Source: Eledone cirrhosa (lineage: Eukaryota). Taken from it: a DNA stretch of 64,000 nt. The stretch spans positions 380,618,001-380,682,000 of the forward strand of contig OZ024741.1 in the NCBI GenBank assembly GCA_964016885.1, given 5' to 3'. The notes below the pieces were generated by a model that saw only the letters and a program-made list of their open reading frames with translations, was not told the DNA's origin and made no database searches. A program made the translations under genes and the position numbers. Positions 12,896 to 25,154 of this stretch are shown piece after piece; positions within the stretch are counted from its first letter, which is position 1, and each line of letters starts with the position of its first letter.

Positions 12896-13623
12896 CAGAT
12901 GTGTTTTATAAATAAATATTGACATACCCGGAAAAAAAGACAACCTTAACGGTTGGAGCTTCCTGGATAGTGGAGATAATATTTTATTGAGGGTAATACA
13001 AAGTTATGAGTGAGTATGCAAATGAGTGTCCGAAAAGTTGAAAAGATAACGGTTTATTTAAATTAAACTGTTAGAAGATATGTAAGGGAGAGAGAAAAAA
13101 AGAAAAAAAGAAAAGGAAGGAGAAAGAGAGAAGAGGAAAGAAAGAACGATTATACATAGTGATATCGAAGAAAGTCAGAATGAATGAAGAAATAAGTTTT
13201 AATGGAAAAATATACATAGCGTAAATATATATATAAGTGAAAGAAGAAGTGAAAGAAGAAATTAGATTAACGTGGAAGAATAATATTTAGAATGTAGGGT
13301 TCATTGCGTTGTGATAATCACAACGTAATGATCCCCACATATTTATAATGATAGGTTGAAAAATTATATTAATAGGTTGAAATATTTATAATGATAGGTT
13401 GAAATATATTAAAATTAAAAATTAGAAATCAAAATTAAAGATTAAAATTTGCCTTAATATTAAAGATTTAATTTAATAATTTAATATTAATATTGAAAAT
13501 TAAAAAATTAAAAATACTTTGTATTACCCTCAATAAAATATTATCTCCACTATCCAGGAGGCTCCAACCGTTAAGGTTGTCTTTTTTCCGGGTATGTCAA
13601 TATTTATTTATAAAACAAATCTG

Positions 13624-13689
13624 TATTTTATCTGATGAAACCGCACCATAATTTGCTTTGGTTGCCCTTGAAATATATATAATAAAATA
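13624..13689 (+). ncRNA. Hammerhead ribozyme motif, family C, right arm
   Basis: UAUUUUAU-CUGAUGA-AACCGCACCA...UGGUUGCCCUU-GAAA-UAUAUAU-A-AUAAAAUA. 8-bp stem I and palindromic (AU)n stem III. Confidence 0.7.
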
Positions 13690-13969
13690 AATATGGTTTT
13701 ATAAATATAGTTTCCATATATTAATATATTGTGTATTTACTCCACAAACTGTTGAGTGCTTTATATCAGTTATAAAAATGTTTAAACTTGTCGAATCCCA
13801 ACAAATTAAATATAACCTCTGCACATATATATATATATATATATATAAGATAAAAACACTTGAGTGCATTAGAGTCAAACACACTCATCGCATTAAATTT
13901 CTATTTTTCTATTTCTCTATTCTTCTGAATTTTGGCTTGTTCTAGCCGTTGATATTTTTTGTCTTTTCC

Positions 13970-14014
13970 TTGTTCTGAAGAGTCCTAATTACTGGGACGA
14001 AACATTGTCAGCGA
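13970..14014 (+). ncRNA. Canonical minimal type-I hammerhead ribozyme
   Basis: UUGUU-CUGAAGA-GUCC-uaauuacug-GGAC-GAAA-CAUUG-UC-AGCGA, with a GUC cleavage triplet and AATAAA directly downstream. Lies in a ~210-bp segment between (TA)n tracts (13847-14060). Confidence 0.8.
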
Positions 14015-14061
14015 ATAAAGATTTTTAATGTATTAAAGGCTTCTTTGTTGATTTATATAAT

Positions 14062-14100
<39 letters not shown>

Positions 14101-14102
<2 letters not shown>

Positions 14103-15006
14103 AGAAACAGTAGACAGCTTCTGCTACCTAGGTGACCTAATTAGCAGCGGAGGTGGGTGTTCAGAAAGTACAATAGCTAGGGTAAGTACGGGATGGAAGA
14201 CGTTCAGGGAGCTACTGCCACTGCTAGCTGCAAAAGGCTTTTCCCTCAAAATGAAAGGCAGACTGTATGATGCGTGTATATGAACAGCAATGTTACATGA
14301 TAGTGAGACCTGGGCGCTGAATGTGAAAGACTTGCGTAGATTAGAAAGAAACGAAGCCTTCATGCTCTGATGGATGTGTAATAGTAATATACGCGAACGG
14401 CAAAGCATAAATGAATTGAGAGAGAGACTGAGCATAAGAGGAATCTAACGATTTGTGCAGGAGAGGCGGTTGCGTTGGTATGGACATGTGATGCGTATGA
14501 AGGATGACAGCTGCATAAAAAGGTGCAGAGCACTAGAAGTCAATGGAAAGCGCGGAGTGGGGAGACCCAAGATGACCTGGGATGAGGTGATAAAAGCCGA
14601 CCTTACCCAATTACACCTCTCAAAGGCGATGACACACGACTGTGACCTCTGGCGTCACGCAGTAATACAGAGTACCCGACCTCCCATGGGTACAAGCCGA
14701 AGCTGAAGCATATAGACAATATGCCCCAACACCCTCCCATTGAAAAGTGGTCGTGGAGGTGCCACGGCAAAAAAGCACCCAGCCCACACTGTAAAGTGGA
14801 CATGTAGGCGCCACGGAAAAAAAGCACCCAGCCCTCACTGTAAATGAGGTTGGTGTTAGGAAGGGCATCCAGCTGTAGAAATCAAGCCAGAATCAGTTTC
14901 TGTATCAGCAAGACAAGGTCAGCCGACCAGACAATGTCCACAACAGGACAACCCGTCTAACCCATGGTATCGTGGAAGAACGGACGTAAAACGGTGATGA
15001 TGATGA
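14101..15006 (+). mobile_element. RTE-clade LINE 3' fragment with 3' UTR and (GAT)n tail; pseudogenised
   Basis: VDSFCYLGDLISSGGG...ARVSTGWKTFRELLPLL...ETW...RRLRWYGHVMR...GRPKMTW, with in-frame stops. Confidence 0.85.
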
Positions 15007-15024
15007 TATATATATATACATACA

Positions 15025-15685
15025 TAGAAGTGGTTACACAACAGTTAGTTCACCATACCAAGAACAATTGTCTCACATTAGCGGATCCTCAGCTCGTAAT
15101 GGACATGGTTATACAGAACAGGAAGAACAACCGTACGAACGCGCATGCACAGAAACGATCACTTCACACAGGCAATACTAAATTGCATGCGAGAGGTGTA
15201 AGGGAGATAACTGCGAAAGTCCGAAAATTTCTAGTTGATAAGAATATTAGGATGTTGTTGTAATTCAATCTGGAGCTTTGTAGTATTGTAAGAGGTATTT
15301 CCAGACGTGTGGACAACGTGTGAAGAATAAATTCTCGTGTTTAGGCAATCACTATTGCGTAATCTCTTTAATATATTTATTTGTTCATCAATACATAGTC
15401 CACACGACAGATTGCCCCTTGCGTATGGCTTGGACTTAGTGATGGCTTTCCATTGAATGGAGTAGTCTATACTTGAGTCCTTGAGGGACCATACGTGGCT
15501 CGCGAGTTTCGTGGATGAACGTCTATCCGGGTACCTAAAGGTCGACTGGTGGTTCAGGAAGCGTTCCTTAAATCGGCCCTCTGCCATACCCACATAGGAT
15601 TTGACCTCCTGTGGTTGATTTGGTCAGTTGGAAGTGACCACAGCTTCATAAACTACAGTGGATGTATTGCCTTGCTGTTGAAGGG
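15025..15685 (-). mobile_element. PLE 3' fragment with GIY-YIG endonuclease and a degenerate HHR (~15056-15098)
   Basis: VVYEAVV...SYVGMAEGRFKERFLNHQSTF...STKLASHVWSLKD...CGLCIDEQINI...LNTR. The 3' UTR has CUGAGGA and a palindromic ACAAUUGU, and ends near (TA)n. Confidence 0.8.
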
Positions 15686-15689
15686 GACA

Positions 15690-17400
15690 AGCTTCAGGCT
15701 AACGGCAAGAGCACCCTGGTGGGGTGTTGCTGAGTCTCATCTCTGCATCACAAACTGAGCTGTTAGAGGAACTGAAGGACAGCTTCTATGAGGACCTTAT
15801 GCATACTATCACATTAAAAAATGACAGAGGCAAATATATAGCCAGCAATTTTAATGTCCATGTGGAGCAACTCCATAATGATTTAGACAGTGTCTATGGA
15901 GGATATGGTTTAGTTGCCAAGATACTGAAAGCATCGGGAATGGTAGTCACATGCTTGTCACATAAATAGTAAACCCAGTATCACAAGATTAAATCATACC
16001 CAATGACTGGTGTAGCAACACCCTCATCAACTGCTAAAATAGCAATCGAGAGGCACTGGACAAAAGAAATTATAGACATGGTTATGAAATTCGCTGAAAG
16101 AGTGAATAAGAAATAGACTAAGAAATAGAGTTAACATGAATGTGTTGCAGTTCACTATTGTCAAAAGATTAGGTGCTACTGATGCTTTCGTTATTTTAAG
16201 AAAGCTGCATGAGAAATACTGGAGAATGCTTTCAACAGGTTACCCTGCTCAGTAATTTGGGGGGTTCTTTAAATTCTAAGAGTAGATGAATGGTTCATGA
16301 GGGTTAGACAAGTCATGTACATAGATACAATTAACAATGTTTGAGTTAACAATGCATACAACAATGATTTTAGAGTGCAAGTATTTGGTCTTCAGGCTAT
16401 AATGGAACATTTTAAGACTGTCTGCTTAAGGGAAATCCTTTCTGCAGATGACCTAGATTTCATAGCTGAACCATAGCATAATTGATAAAGAAATTACAGA
16501 CATGGATGCAAAACATGGAATTGATATGCCTGAGTGAATTTAGCTGAGATTAAAATACTAATAAGTAAGAATGAAGACAGAGTACTGATCCTATCAGGAA
16601 AAATAGCAGCGCTCTCTATGTAGAAACAGAGTTGGTAGGAATTCCATACTGTGTCCTAAATGTAAGGGATGGGTACACAAGAGATTTAGTGGGATCTCTG
16701 CCAGGCGAAGGAATAATATAGACTTCAAATATGGCAGATGTACAGGAGCAGTAGGCAGCAAGAGCACACATGAAACAGGCTCTAATAAACACTCAGATGG
16801 CTCACTAGAAATAGTCAAAATATTCTGCTATCTGGGTAAGAAAATTGGTAGTGGAGGTGGGTGTTTGGAAAGTATAGTAGTCAGGGTAAATAGAGGCTGG
16901 TAAAAGATTAGGGAGATACTAGATTGGCTGACAACGAAGCAGTTTCTGCTCTGGGTGAAAAGAAGATTGCATGATGCCTGTGTGCACTCCACAGTGCTAT
17001 ATGGAAGCAAAACCTGAGCAGAGGATTTGCAACAAGGGAAAAAAAGTAAATGAAACTTGCTCTGATGCATGTGTGAGAGTAGTGTGCAAGAACAAGAAAG
17101 CATTAATGAACTGAAAAAAGAACTGTGCATTAGAGATATCATTTGCAGTGTACAAGAGCAAAGATTGCATTTGCTATGGTCATGTGATGTACACGAAGTA
17201 TGAGAGCTGCACAAAAAGGGAAGGGCACACAAAGTTGAAAGACCTTCTGGAAAAAAAAAGACAGTAAAACATAGGATGTGTTAAAGGCTGACCTTTGAAA
17301 ATTAGACCTCACATAGGTGATGACATGGGATCGAGATGGTTGGCCATATGCCATACAATCAAAGACTCATATCCCTACACAAGAGCGGTGAATGGCAGTA
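15690..17400 (+). mobile_element. Old, internally deleted RTE LINE (APE and RT remnants)
   Basis: KDSFYEDL...SNFNVHV...YGGYG (APE-like) and FCYLGKKIGSGGGCLES (RT C-terminus), with many stops and frameshifts. Confidence 0.7.
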
Positions 17401-19021
17401 AGATGTAACATAACTTAGGCTCCCTCAGCTATTACTATCTCACATCTTCACTAAATATCACTTCTCCCTTGCATACTTGTTGATTTTCTCCTTTTCTCTC
17501 ACTATACAAGGTGGTAATAGAGGTAATACATAGCAAAAACTGTTCAGTACCTGAAAACATATCTTGAAGCAAATATTATTTTTTTCTTAGAGGAAGAAGA
17601 ACATTGTGCCTGTTCTTTTTCTGGGCTTCCAATAAGTGTAAAAGTGTGGGAAAAAGATCAAGTCATCAATCAAGGACTAAAGTGATCAATCCCTTCTCCT
17701 ACCTTGTTCAAATCCTGTCTACCTGGAACTTAATCTTTATGTGTATTATATAATAGTTGTCAGTCAGAAATTAATTTTAATTAAAGCAGATTCATCTACC
17801 CCACATATATGGAATGTGACAATGTTAAAAAGCATTATTGACATTGGTTACCAAAGACATTTTTACACATGCCATTGTTGTTGCTGTCTAGTCCCAAGTA
17901 AGATCAGATTAAACAGCATTGTGATCATAGACTATCTAGCTGTAACCACTCACTCGTTCTCCTCCATTCAGAGAAACCAAGAGCACAGTATCCAATGTTT
18001 TTTTGCTGAGGCAGTATCGTGTGTTTTGAGGGAGATTATCAGAAGTAGGAGAGTAGTGGATAAATGTATTGCAATATTTTATTACTTCTCTTTCTTTTCT
18101 GATTTAAAATCTCACCAAGATTAGATTTACCTTTCATCCTTCTATGGTTGATAATACAAGTACCAGTAATATAATGAACTCTAGTCTTCTGTAAAACACT
18201 TTTGAACGGTACACATGTTGGAAATCATTATTAATACTAGAAATCTTTATTAATGCTTTCCACTTTTTAACATGTCTCTTTACAAGATTTTTATGGAGAA
18301 ATGATGAACAAGGGAAAATTTTAAAGTGAATTTATTTCACAGCAAAACCTGTATTGAGTGATGGTTTTTGTATAAAATTATTGATATTTCAGTAGTAGCG
18401 ACACATGAAATACATGTGCACCCATACCACACACACATGCCATCATCTTTAATGATGAAAAATGGCTTCTTCCGGCCGCACTAGCATGGAACTGGAATTA
18501 GCAGTGGGGAACTGATAAAAGAAAAGGTCAGAGCAAATAGAGAGGGGAAATAATGTTGTCACAATAGCAATAGTTCAGTTATGAAGAATATTGTATTACG
18601 GACAACTTCAACTATAAAATCATGATGAAACCTCTCTATAGGGCTACTGAAAATGCTGGAAACTGTATTCTGTTCTCGTAACCTAATGTTTTAAAAAAGG
18701 TAGGAGATATTAGATAATGTAGTCTAGGATACAATATGCCTAAAAAGTGGATTATCAAAGCTGCAATGTTTATCCAGTAAGGTCTCATCTAGTGCAAAAC
18801 AAAAATAATAAAATCCAAGTCAATGGGAGATCATATATGTATTAAATTGATCTACTAGAAATAACAGCCAAATCTCCATCAACTCACATACTGCCTGAAT
18901 AAGGTTACTGTGGATACAATAATCCTAAATATAGACATTCTGTGTCTTGGAAGAAGAACATAGATTATGGCTCGAATTTGAACTTAGATCTGCTTTATCA
19001 GGACTGACTAAGGGTTTAAAC

Positions 19022-19329
19022 CCAGCATGAGCAACCTTTCTTGAGAAGCGGGTAGCATGAGATATGGTTCATCATCAGGTGGGCCACAAGCGCTAATTGA
19101 CATTCATGCCCACATTAAAAAAAAGGGTGGTAACTCAGGTTATTTTGATTTGTTTCTTCACAATTCGTACACGTTTTCCTCAATTGTAAAAATAATAGAA
19201 AGATAAAATTACGACTAAAAAGTTGGGGTAAAAAAATTCAGAAACATTTCACTTAGGTGACTTAGGCAAGCCATTCAGAAAGCTTCACGGACTACATGCT
19301 GCCCGTGGGCCACAGGTTGCCTATGACTG
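19022..19329. mobile_element. hAT-like MITE
   Basis: 8-bp TSD GTTTAAAC (19014-19021 and 19330-19337); imperfect 15-bp TIRs ending GCAACC / GGTTGC. Confidence 0.65.
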
Positions 19330-19734
19330 GTTTAAACAATAACAACCACAATGAATGCTATCACATCCAGATCTAAATGATACTATGCCCATCATTGGAT
19401 GAACTTACTTCCACACTTCCCTAAGGCAAACATATTTACACATCTAATCTTCAGTAGTGCCATGTGTGGGAGTAGACAAAAGATTTAAAATGACTAGAGA
19501 GAGCTTTTTTACTGTTAGTGCACTTGAATATAGATGACCAAAGTAAATCAAAAGCACCAGCAACTGTACAGTTGCTACATAGAGGAATATCCATGATGAA
19601 GTAGAATAGCAATTTACCATTTTAAATGAAATATATTTATATAAAAGGAATTTTTAATAATATGCATATACATGCATATGTGTATTTATCACCATTATTG
19701 TATTACACCCATTTTTTCCATGCTTGCATACATT

Positions 19735-20190
19735 TGTAGTGACCTACATTCCGCGGGCTCACATACATTCTCTGTGCGTGATTTGGCTCAGCTCAGCCAA
19801 TCAGCGCCAGTAGAAGAGGATGTATCCCTACGCGTTCTGAGGGAGAAATAGCCCGCAAAGATTTGAGGACGCCACCACTTCCAGGCTTGACCATACTAAG
19901 TAAACACTGCTTGTTCTTTTGCTCCGCCAGCGCAAACAATATGTAACGACAAAACATTCCTACGGAGCTGGCTAAACGCCTTCAGTCAGTTGACCGTATT
20001 TTCTCTTGTAATCTTAATTGAATTATTTTATTTCTCTTGGCATGCCAGCTCAACCTCTGTTAATAAATAATGTAAAACCAAGCTAAAAGTCGTTGTCAAT
20101 ATTCCTATTATATCTTTCTACCAAACCTGGTTCCTCGTGGCGACATTACAACAACTTCTGAAATATACTTCTCCGCTAAATCTGGTGACA
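19735..20190 (+). mobile_element. Possible LTR remnant of a Gypsy-type element
   Basis: Starts TGTAGTG; GC-richer than flanks; contains CCAAT and AATAAA; CATTACA at 20144-20150; PBS-like TGGYGAC motifs at 20138, 20183 and 20208. No TSD found. Confidence 0.4.
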
Positions 20191-20804
20191 ATATACCTCA
20201 ACCAAATTGGTGACTTATATTCAACACAAAGAGAAACACACTCCTTTCCTTTACATTGAACAGATCCTCTCCATTACAAGATGTCATTACTTGTTGCAGT
20301 CCATATAAATATATGTGTATTTATCATCATTGTTATTTCAAATCCATTTTTCCATGCTGCATATATTGAACAAACCCTTTCTAGTACAGCATTTCACCAC
20401 TTGTTGCAATGTTTTATCATTATTATCTCCTCCTTGAAAGTTCAACATCCTGAGTTCAACTTTTACCACTTATCATGTCTTCTACGCTCTTCTTCTGTAG
20501 GTTCACACTTTACTTGTTTGACACTAATTAATACAAACAATTCACACTAGTAAATTTATATGTGTCTGTTGTTTCTGCTGTCTGACAATTTAAATATACA
20601 GTAACAAATACATACATTGAAAAGCCTATAATGAACGTGCTATATCTTCTCATTCTGTAGCTTTTAGCTGAGAATACCATGGTTTAATTAGAAATAAATC
20701 CCAGTATCGCATTTTTAAGTGTTTAATTTATACGTTATATATAAACACAAACAAACAATATTTATGTTGAATCACTATCAAGTTTGACAAGTGCTCCAAT
20801 TGAT

Positions 20805-21058
20805 TCAATCAACAGAACTGCCTGCTCAGGAACTTAATGTATAAGTGGCTGAGAATTCCACAAACACATGCCTGCTTAATGTAATTCTCAAGCAGATTCA
20901 GTGTGACACAACTGAATTACAGGTACATCCCATTTTTATCAGCTGAGATAAATGAAGCAACATGAAGTAAAATGTCATGCTCAAGGAAACAATGCACTGC
21001 CCAGTCTGGAAATCGAATTCATGAACTTACAATCATGAGCCTAGCACCCTAACTACTA
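20805..21058 (-). mobile_element. Second tRNA-derived SINE family
   Basis: Minus strand reads TAGTAGTTAGGGTGC...AATTCGATTTCC...CCTTGAGCA. Related copies at ~23110-23352 (-), ~23450-23700 (+) and 56696-56830 (+). Confidence 0.65.
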
Positions 21059-23984
21059 TATACAGTACTTAATTACTTATTAATTGGATAGATTCATAAT
21101 TAATTTATGACTGAAACTTCTAAAAAAGAAGTTATTTATGCCTAGATTAACCTTGACTAAGCAGTCATATGATCAAAAGTATTCCAACACTGAACATCTC
21201 ATCTAATTGTATATCTAAGTCTATATTGTCCAATACTTTCCCCTACATAAAAGATTGTAGAAAATTGATTGCTATTTCTGTATGTATGGACATGTAACTC
21301 CTGATGGAGTCATAGGGGTACCATAATGATATACAGCATATCTTGGGCACTGAAAAGCTGGCTGAGCTCATCCTCTTTCCAGGTCTGAACATATGCAATT
21401 TTTACCAGAGACGAAGAGAGAGTGATAGAAAGGAAGTGACAAAGAGATATAGAGGAAGAATTGACCCAGTGCTGGACTGGTTCTTTTTAATCAAACTCAA
21501 AATGAAGAAAAGCAATGTTGACCTCAGTAGGCTTTGAACTTAGAGAGCAGAAAAAGTGAATAAATACCGAAAAACATTTTTGCAAGCATTCTAATGAATC
21601 TGCCAATTCACCATCTTTGCCATTCCTATCAGCACCCCTCTCCTCAACACATGGCAACCCTTTTGTTGGCTTCAAGTAAATAAAAAATAAACAACCCATT
21701 GAGATGTCTACAGTGTTATAGATATGAATTAGGTAACTCCATTGAATAGAAAATTTCTATATCAATACACCACCAATTCTCTGCCAGATTTTTATTCAGA
21801 TATAACTATAAGTGGACACTTGAATTTTCCACAACCCACCAGACAAATAAATTCACATTAGAAGGTTACCACATGACATTAACATTAGATTTGAGTTTAA
21901 ACATTTGTATATTCTTATAATAATGTGCGAGGAGTAGGAAGAATGTTTCTAGGTCAGTAATACAGTTATCATCATCATCATCATCATCATTTAATGTCTG
22001 CTTTCCCTGCAAGCAACGGTTGGTTCTCATGAATAATTATATAGTCATTGTTTTATATCCATGTTTCCATGCGAGCATGGGTTAGACGAGTTGTCCAGTT
22101 GTGAGCAATGCTAGGTCAGTTGTGAGCAATGCTAGGTCATACAGAACTGATTCAGGGTATTGATTTGGAAACCAGTGTGCTGGAAAATCGATGCCGTACC
22201 TATATTTAAATAAATATACCTTCACAAGACTCCCTTTCTGATATAGATCCTAGCACACAAACAATGCTACTGCTAAATCATGGACAGAATTACATTAAAG
22301 TTTTAAACTAAAATATCTATTTCATAAAATAATTTATGACACTAAAACAATTATTAACGTTTCTGTAATTAAAGATATGAGTTTACTTTCTTATTTAAAT
22401 TTTATGCAGATTTTCAATTTAATATCTCAATGTTATATATAAAATCATGAAAGAAAGTAAAACATAACTAATACGTGTATTTTCATAAACTAACACAATA
22501 AAATCAAGTTATGAATATTTTTTAGACCAGTGAAACTTAAAACCAAATAGTTTGATTATTACAGACAAATAACACATACACATACACACGCAAATTTACA
22601 TATATCTAGACATATACATACATACGCTATTTTACAAGTTGTATATAAATTCTTTGTTTCTTTATATTTTCTATGTTTTATGATTTGCTGCTTTTTCAAG
22701 ATTTTATATATTCAACTCAAAATTCTTGTGATCAATTATGATAAAATGAAAATTAATGTAAAACTTAAGATAGTAATATATATTTACATTAAGTGCAACA
22801 ATTAATATTTCTAAAATACAGTTAAACGATTATGAGAAAAAGTATGATATCTTGGTAAGTTATGTATGGAAATATAATAAATATTTAAACTTTTTAAAAG
22901 AGGTTGTCTTACAAAAGCCAAGGAACATTCTACACTATTTGGCCTCAATGAAGTAACAAGCTAAGTTTTTCCATATATTTCTTCTTTGGAGCATTTACTC
23001 TTTGCACCCTTGATTTATTTTTAAAATGTTAATTAATCACAACTATCTAATCATTAAGTATTACTGCTGTTAGTCAAACATTGGTTCTGACAAGTGTTCT
23101 AGATGTTTAAAGCTCGCTCATGAAATTAACAAATTGGCTGAGCATTCCATAGACACATATACGCTTAATGTAGTTCTCATGGAGATTCAGCATGACAAGG
23201 TTGGTGTTTTGATTTCAAGTACAATACATTTTTTGAAGCAGTGTGGACTGGAGCAATGTAAAATAAAGTGGCTTGCTGAAGGATACAATAAACAGCTAGG
23301 AATTTAACTCGTGATTATACGATTGTGAGCTGAACACCTTAACTACTAAGCCTTAAATACCATTAAGCAATATAAACATTAAAGGAAGGTAGTCAGAGAA
23401 TTTGACAAAATATTTTGAAATTAGTGTATACCTATATAAATAAATGTGAAGGCTCATCACTTAGAGGTTGGGTGTTGTGCTCACAATCATAAGTTTGGGC
23501 GTTAAATATCCTGACTGGGTAGCATGCAATGTAATTGAGGAAAGTACTTCATTTCACATTACTCCATTTCACTCTGCTGTAAATGAGTACCACCGGCAAC
23601 TGTGGGGTTAATTTTGTGTCAGACTAGTGTCCTATCAAGGAGCGAGTCTTGCACTCTCAGCTGCTTAATACCACAATCTGAAATAAGCTCCAGCTTTTAT
23701 TCAACCTGTACAAGCATGAAAGACAGACATAAAAATGTTGTTGATGCTTATGATGATGATGTAGTATTATTATAATTAAGTCGGTTTTTAGGTTGCTAAG
23801 TAACCCATAGTTAGATCTGATTAAGTAGTTCTATAGTATGCAAGTAGTCAACTGCATCTTGGGGTGCAACTGACTGATGCAATGAAGTGTTCCTGAAATA
23901 CTACCAAACTATCTAAAAAATTAAGTACCAGTAAAACAATTATATTATACTAGAGATCAAATCCTCTACTAGAGATCAAATACT

Positions 23985-24097
23985 CTGAGTTCAAATCCCG
24001 CTGAGGTTCACTTTGCATTTCATCCTCTCCGGGTCGATAAAATAAAGTACCAGTAATGTACTGGAATGATTGCTGGCATTGTGCCAAAAATAAAACA
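23985..24097 (+). mobile_element. 5'-truncated SINE flanked by a 24-bp direct repeat
   Basis: TAAAACAATTATATTATACTAGAG at 23932-23955 and 24091-24114. An older SINE copy follows at ~24137-24333. Confidence 0.7.
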
Positions 24098-24394
24098 ATT
24101 ATATTATACTAGAGTAGTGTTATTATAAGAGTCATTCGGCAGTGGATTGGCAGTAATTGAACAACCTGCTTTGAAGCATTACGTCCCTTTACGTTCTGAA
24201 TTCAAAATCTGGCAAGTCTGGCTCTATCCGTATGGGGTCGGGGTCAATAAAATAAAGTACTAGTAATGTACTAGGGTCATCTTAATTTTCCTCTTTTACA
24301 AAATTGGTGGCATTGTGCCTAAATCATAAACCATTATAATAGTCATATATTTTACTAGAGTATATTATATATGAAGCATAAATCATTATTATTG

Positions 24395-25154
24395 CTAGCA
24401 GAAAAACCACCCTTTTGGTGGTTTTCTGCTAACATGTGTAGTGTGCATATTGATATTATACGCAAATATATATGCATGTAGATATGATGTGTCAAATAAA
24501 ATCGTAATTGACAATATGCACAGAAATTGAAGAGAGACTATGTTACACTGTCTTCTGTAATCAGTAAAGTAATTCATGATACATTTAAAAAAGACGAGAT
24601 TATATATAAACAACATTATGGAGAAATGTAATAAAAACAAAAAGAGAGAAAATTAGCAACAGAAATATAAACGTTATGATATAACGATGCAAGTATATGA
24701 ACGTTTATATAAGCGATGTGATATAGTATCCGTTATATCATAACAAGAAGTATTGACATTTGAAAATGTTAAAAGACGTCAATCTTGAAATAAGCGATCA
24801 TTATATATAGGAATAGTTATCTTTAATCAACAGCTACGAAATTTAGTACATAAATAATGCAATATTCATTCATTATTTATTGTGGATTGGCAGTATCAGT
24901 AGAGGGTCGGACGCCGTGCTTTCCAGCATAGTTACGTCCCTTTACGATCTGAGTTCAAATCCCGCCGAGGTTGACTTTGCCTTTCATCCTTACGGGGTCG
25001 ATAAAATAAAGTACCAGTAATGCACTGGGTAATTGCTGGCCTTGTGCCTAAAGTAGAAACAATTATTTATTCAAAGTAATCCAACTTATTTTACTAACGG
25101 GATAAAAAATTGTATTCAGGACAGTCCCGCACTCCTCCCTTTATTATATTATGA
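24395..25154 (-). mobile_element. Possible non-autonomous Helitron containing a SINE
   Basis: Minus strand begins A|TCATAATATAATAAAGGG and ends with hairpin ACCACC-AAAAG-GGTGGT then TTTCTGCTAG. The 3' flanking base is C rather than the expected T. Confidence 0.4.
24882..25061 (+). mobile_element. Young full-length SINE with 10-bp TSD
   Basis: TSD ATTATTTATT (24872-24881 and 25062-25071); closely similar to the copy at 30565-30743. Confidence 0.9.

Larger units (their letters stand above)
12783..13825 (-). mobile_element. Fold-back PLE 3'-end element, family C, with ~220-bp arms
   Basis: Arms 12783-13004 / 13516-13736, ~510-bp spacer (pyrimidine-rich on minus), tail 13737-13825, (TA)n on both sides. 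Confidence 0.8.

Noticed and set aside
24396-24431. Bacterial intrinsic terminator
   Set aside because: Eukaryotic context; better explained as a Helitron-like 3' hairpin.
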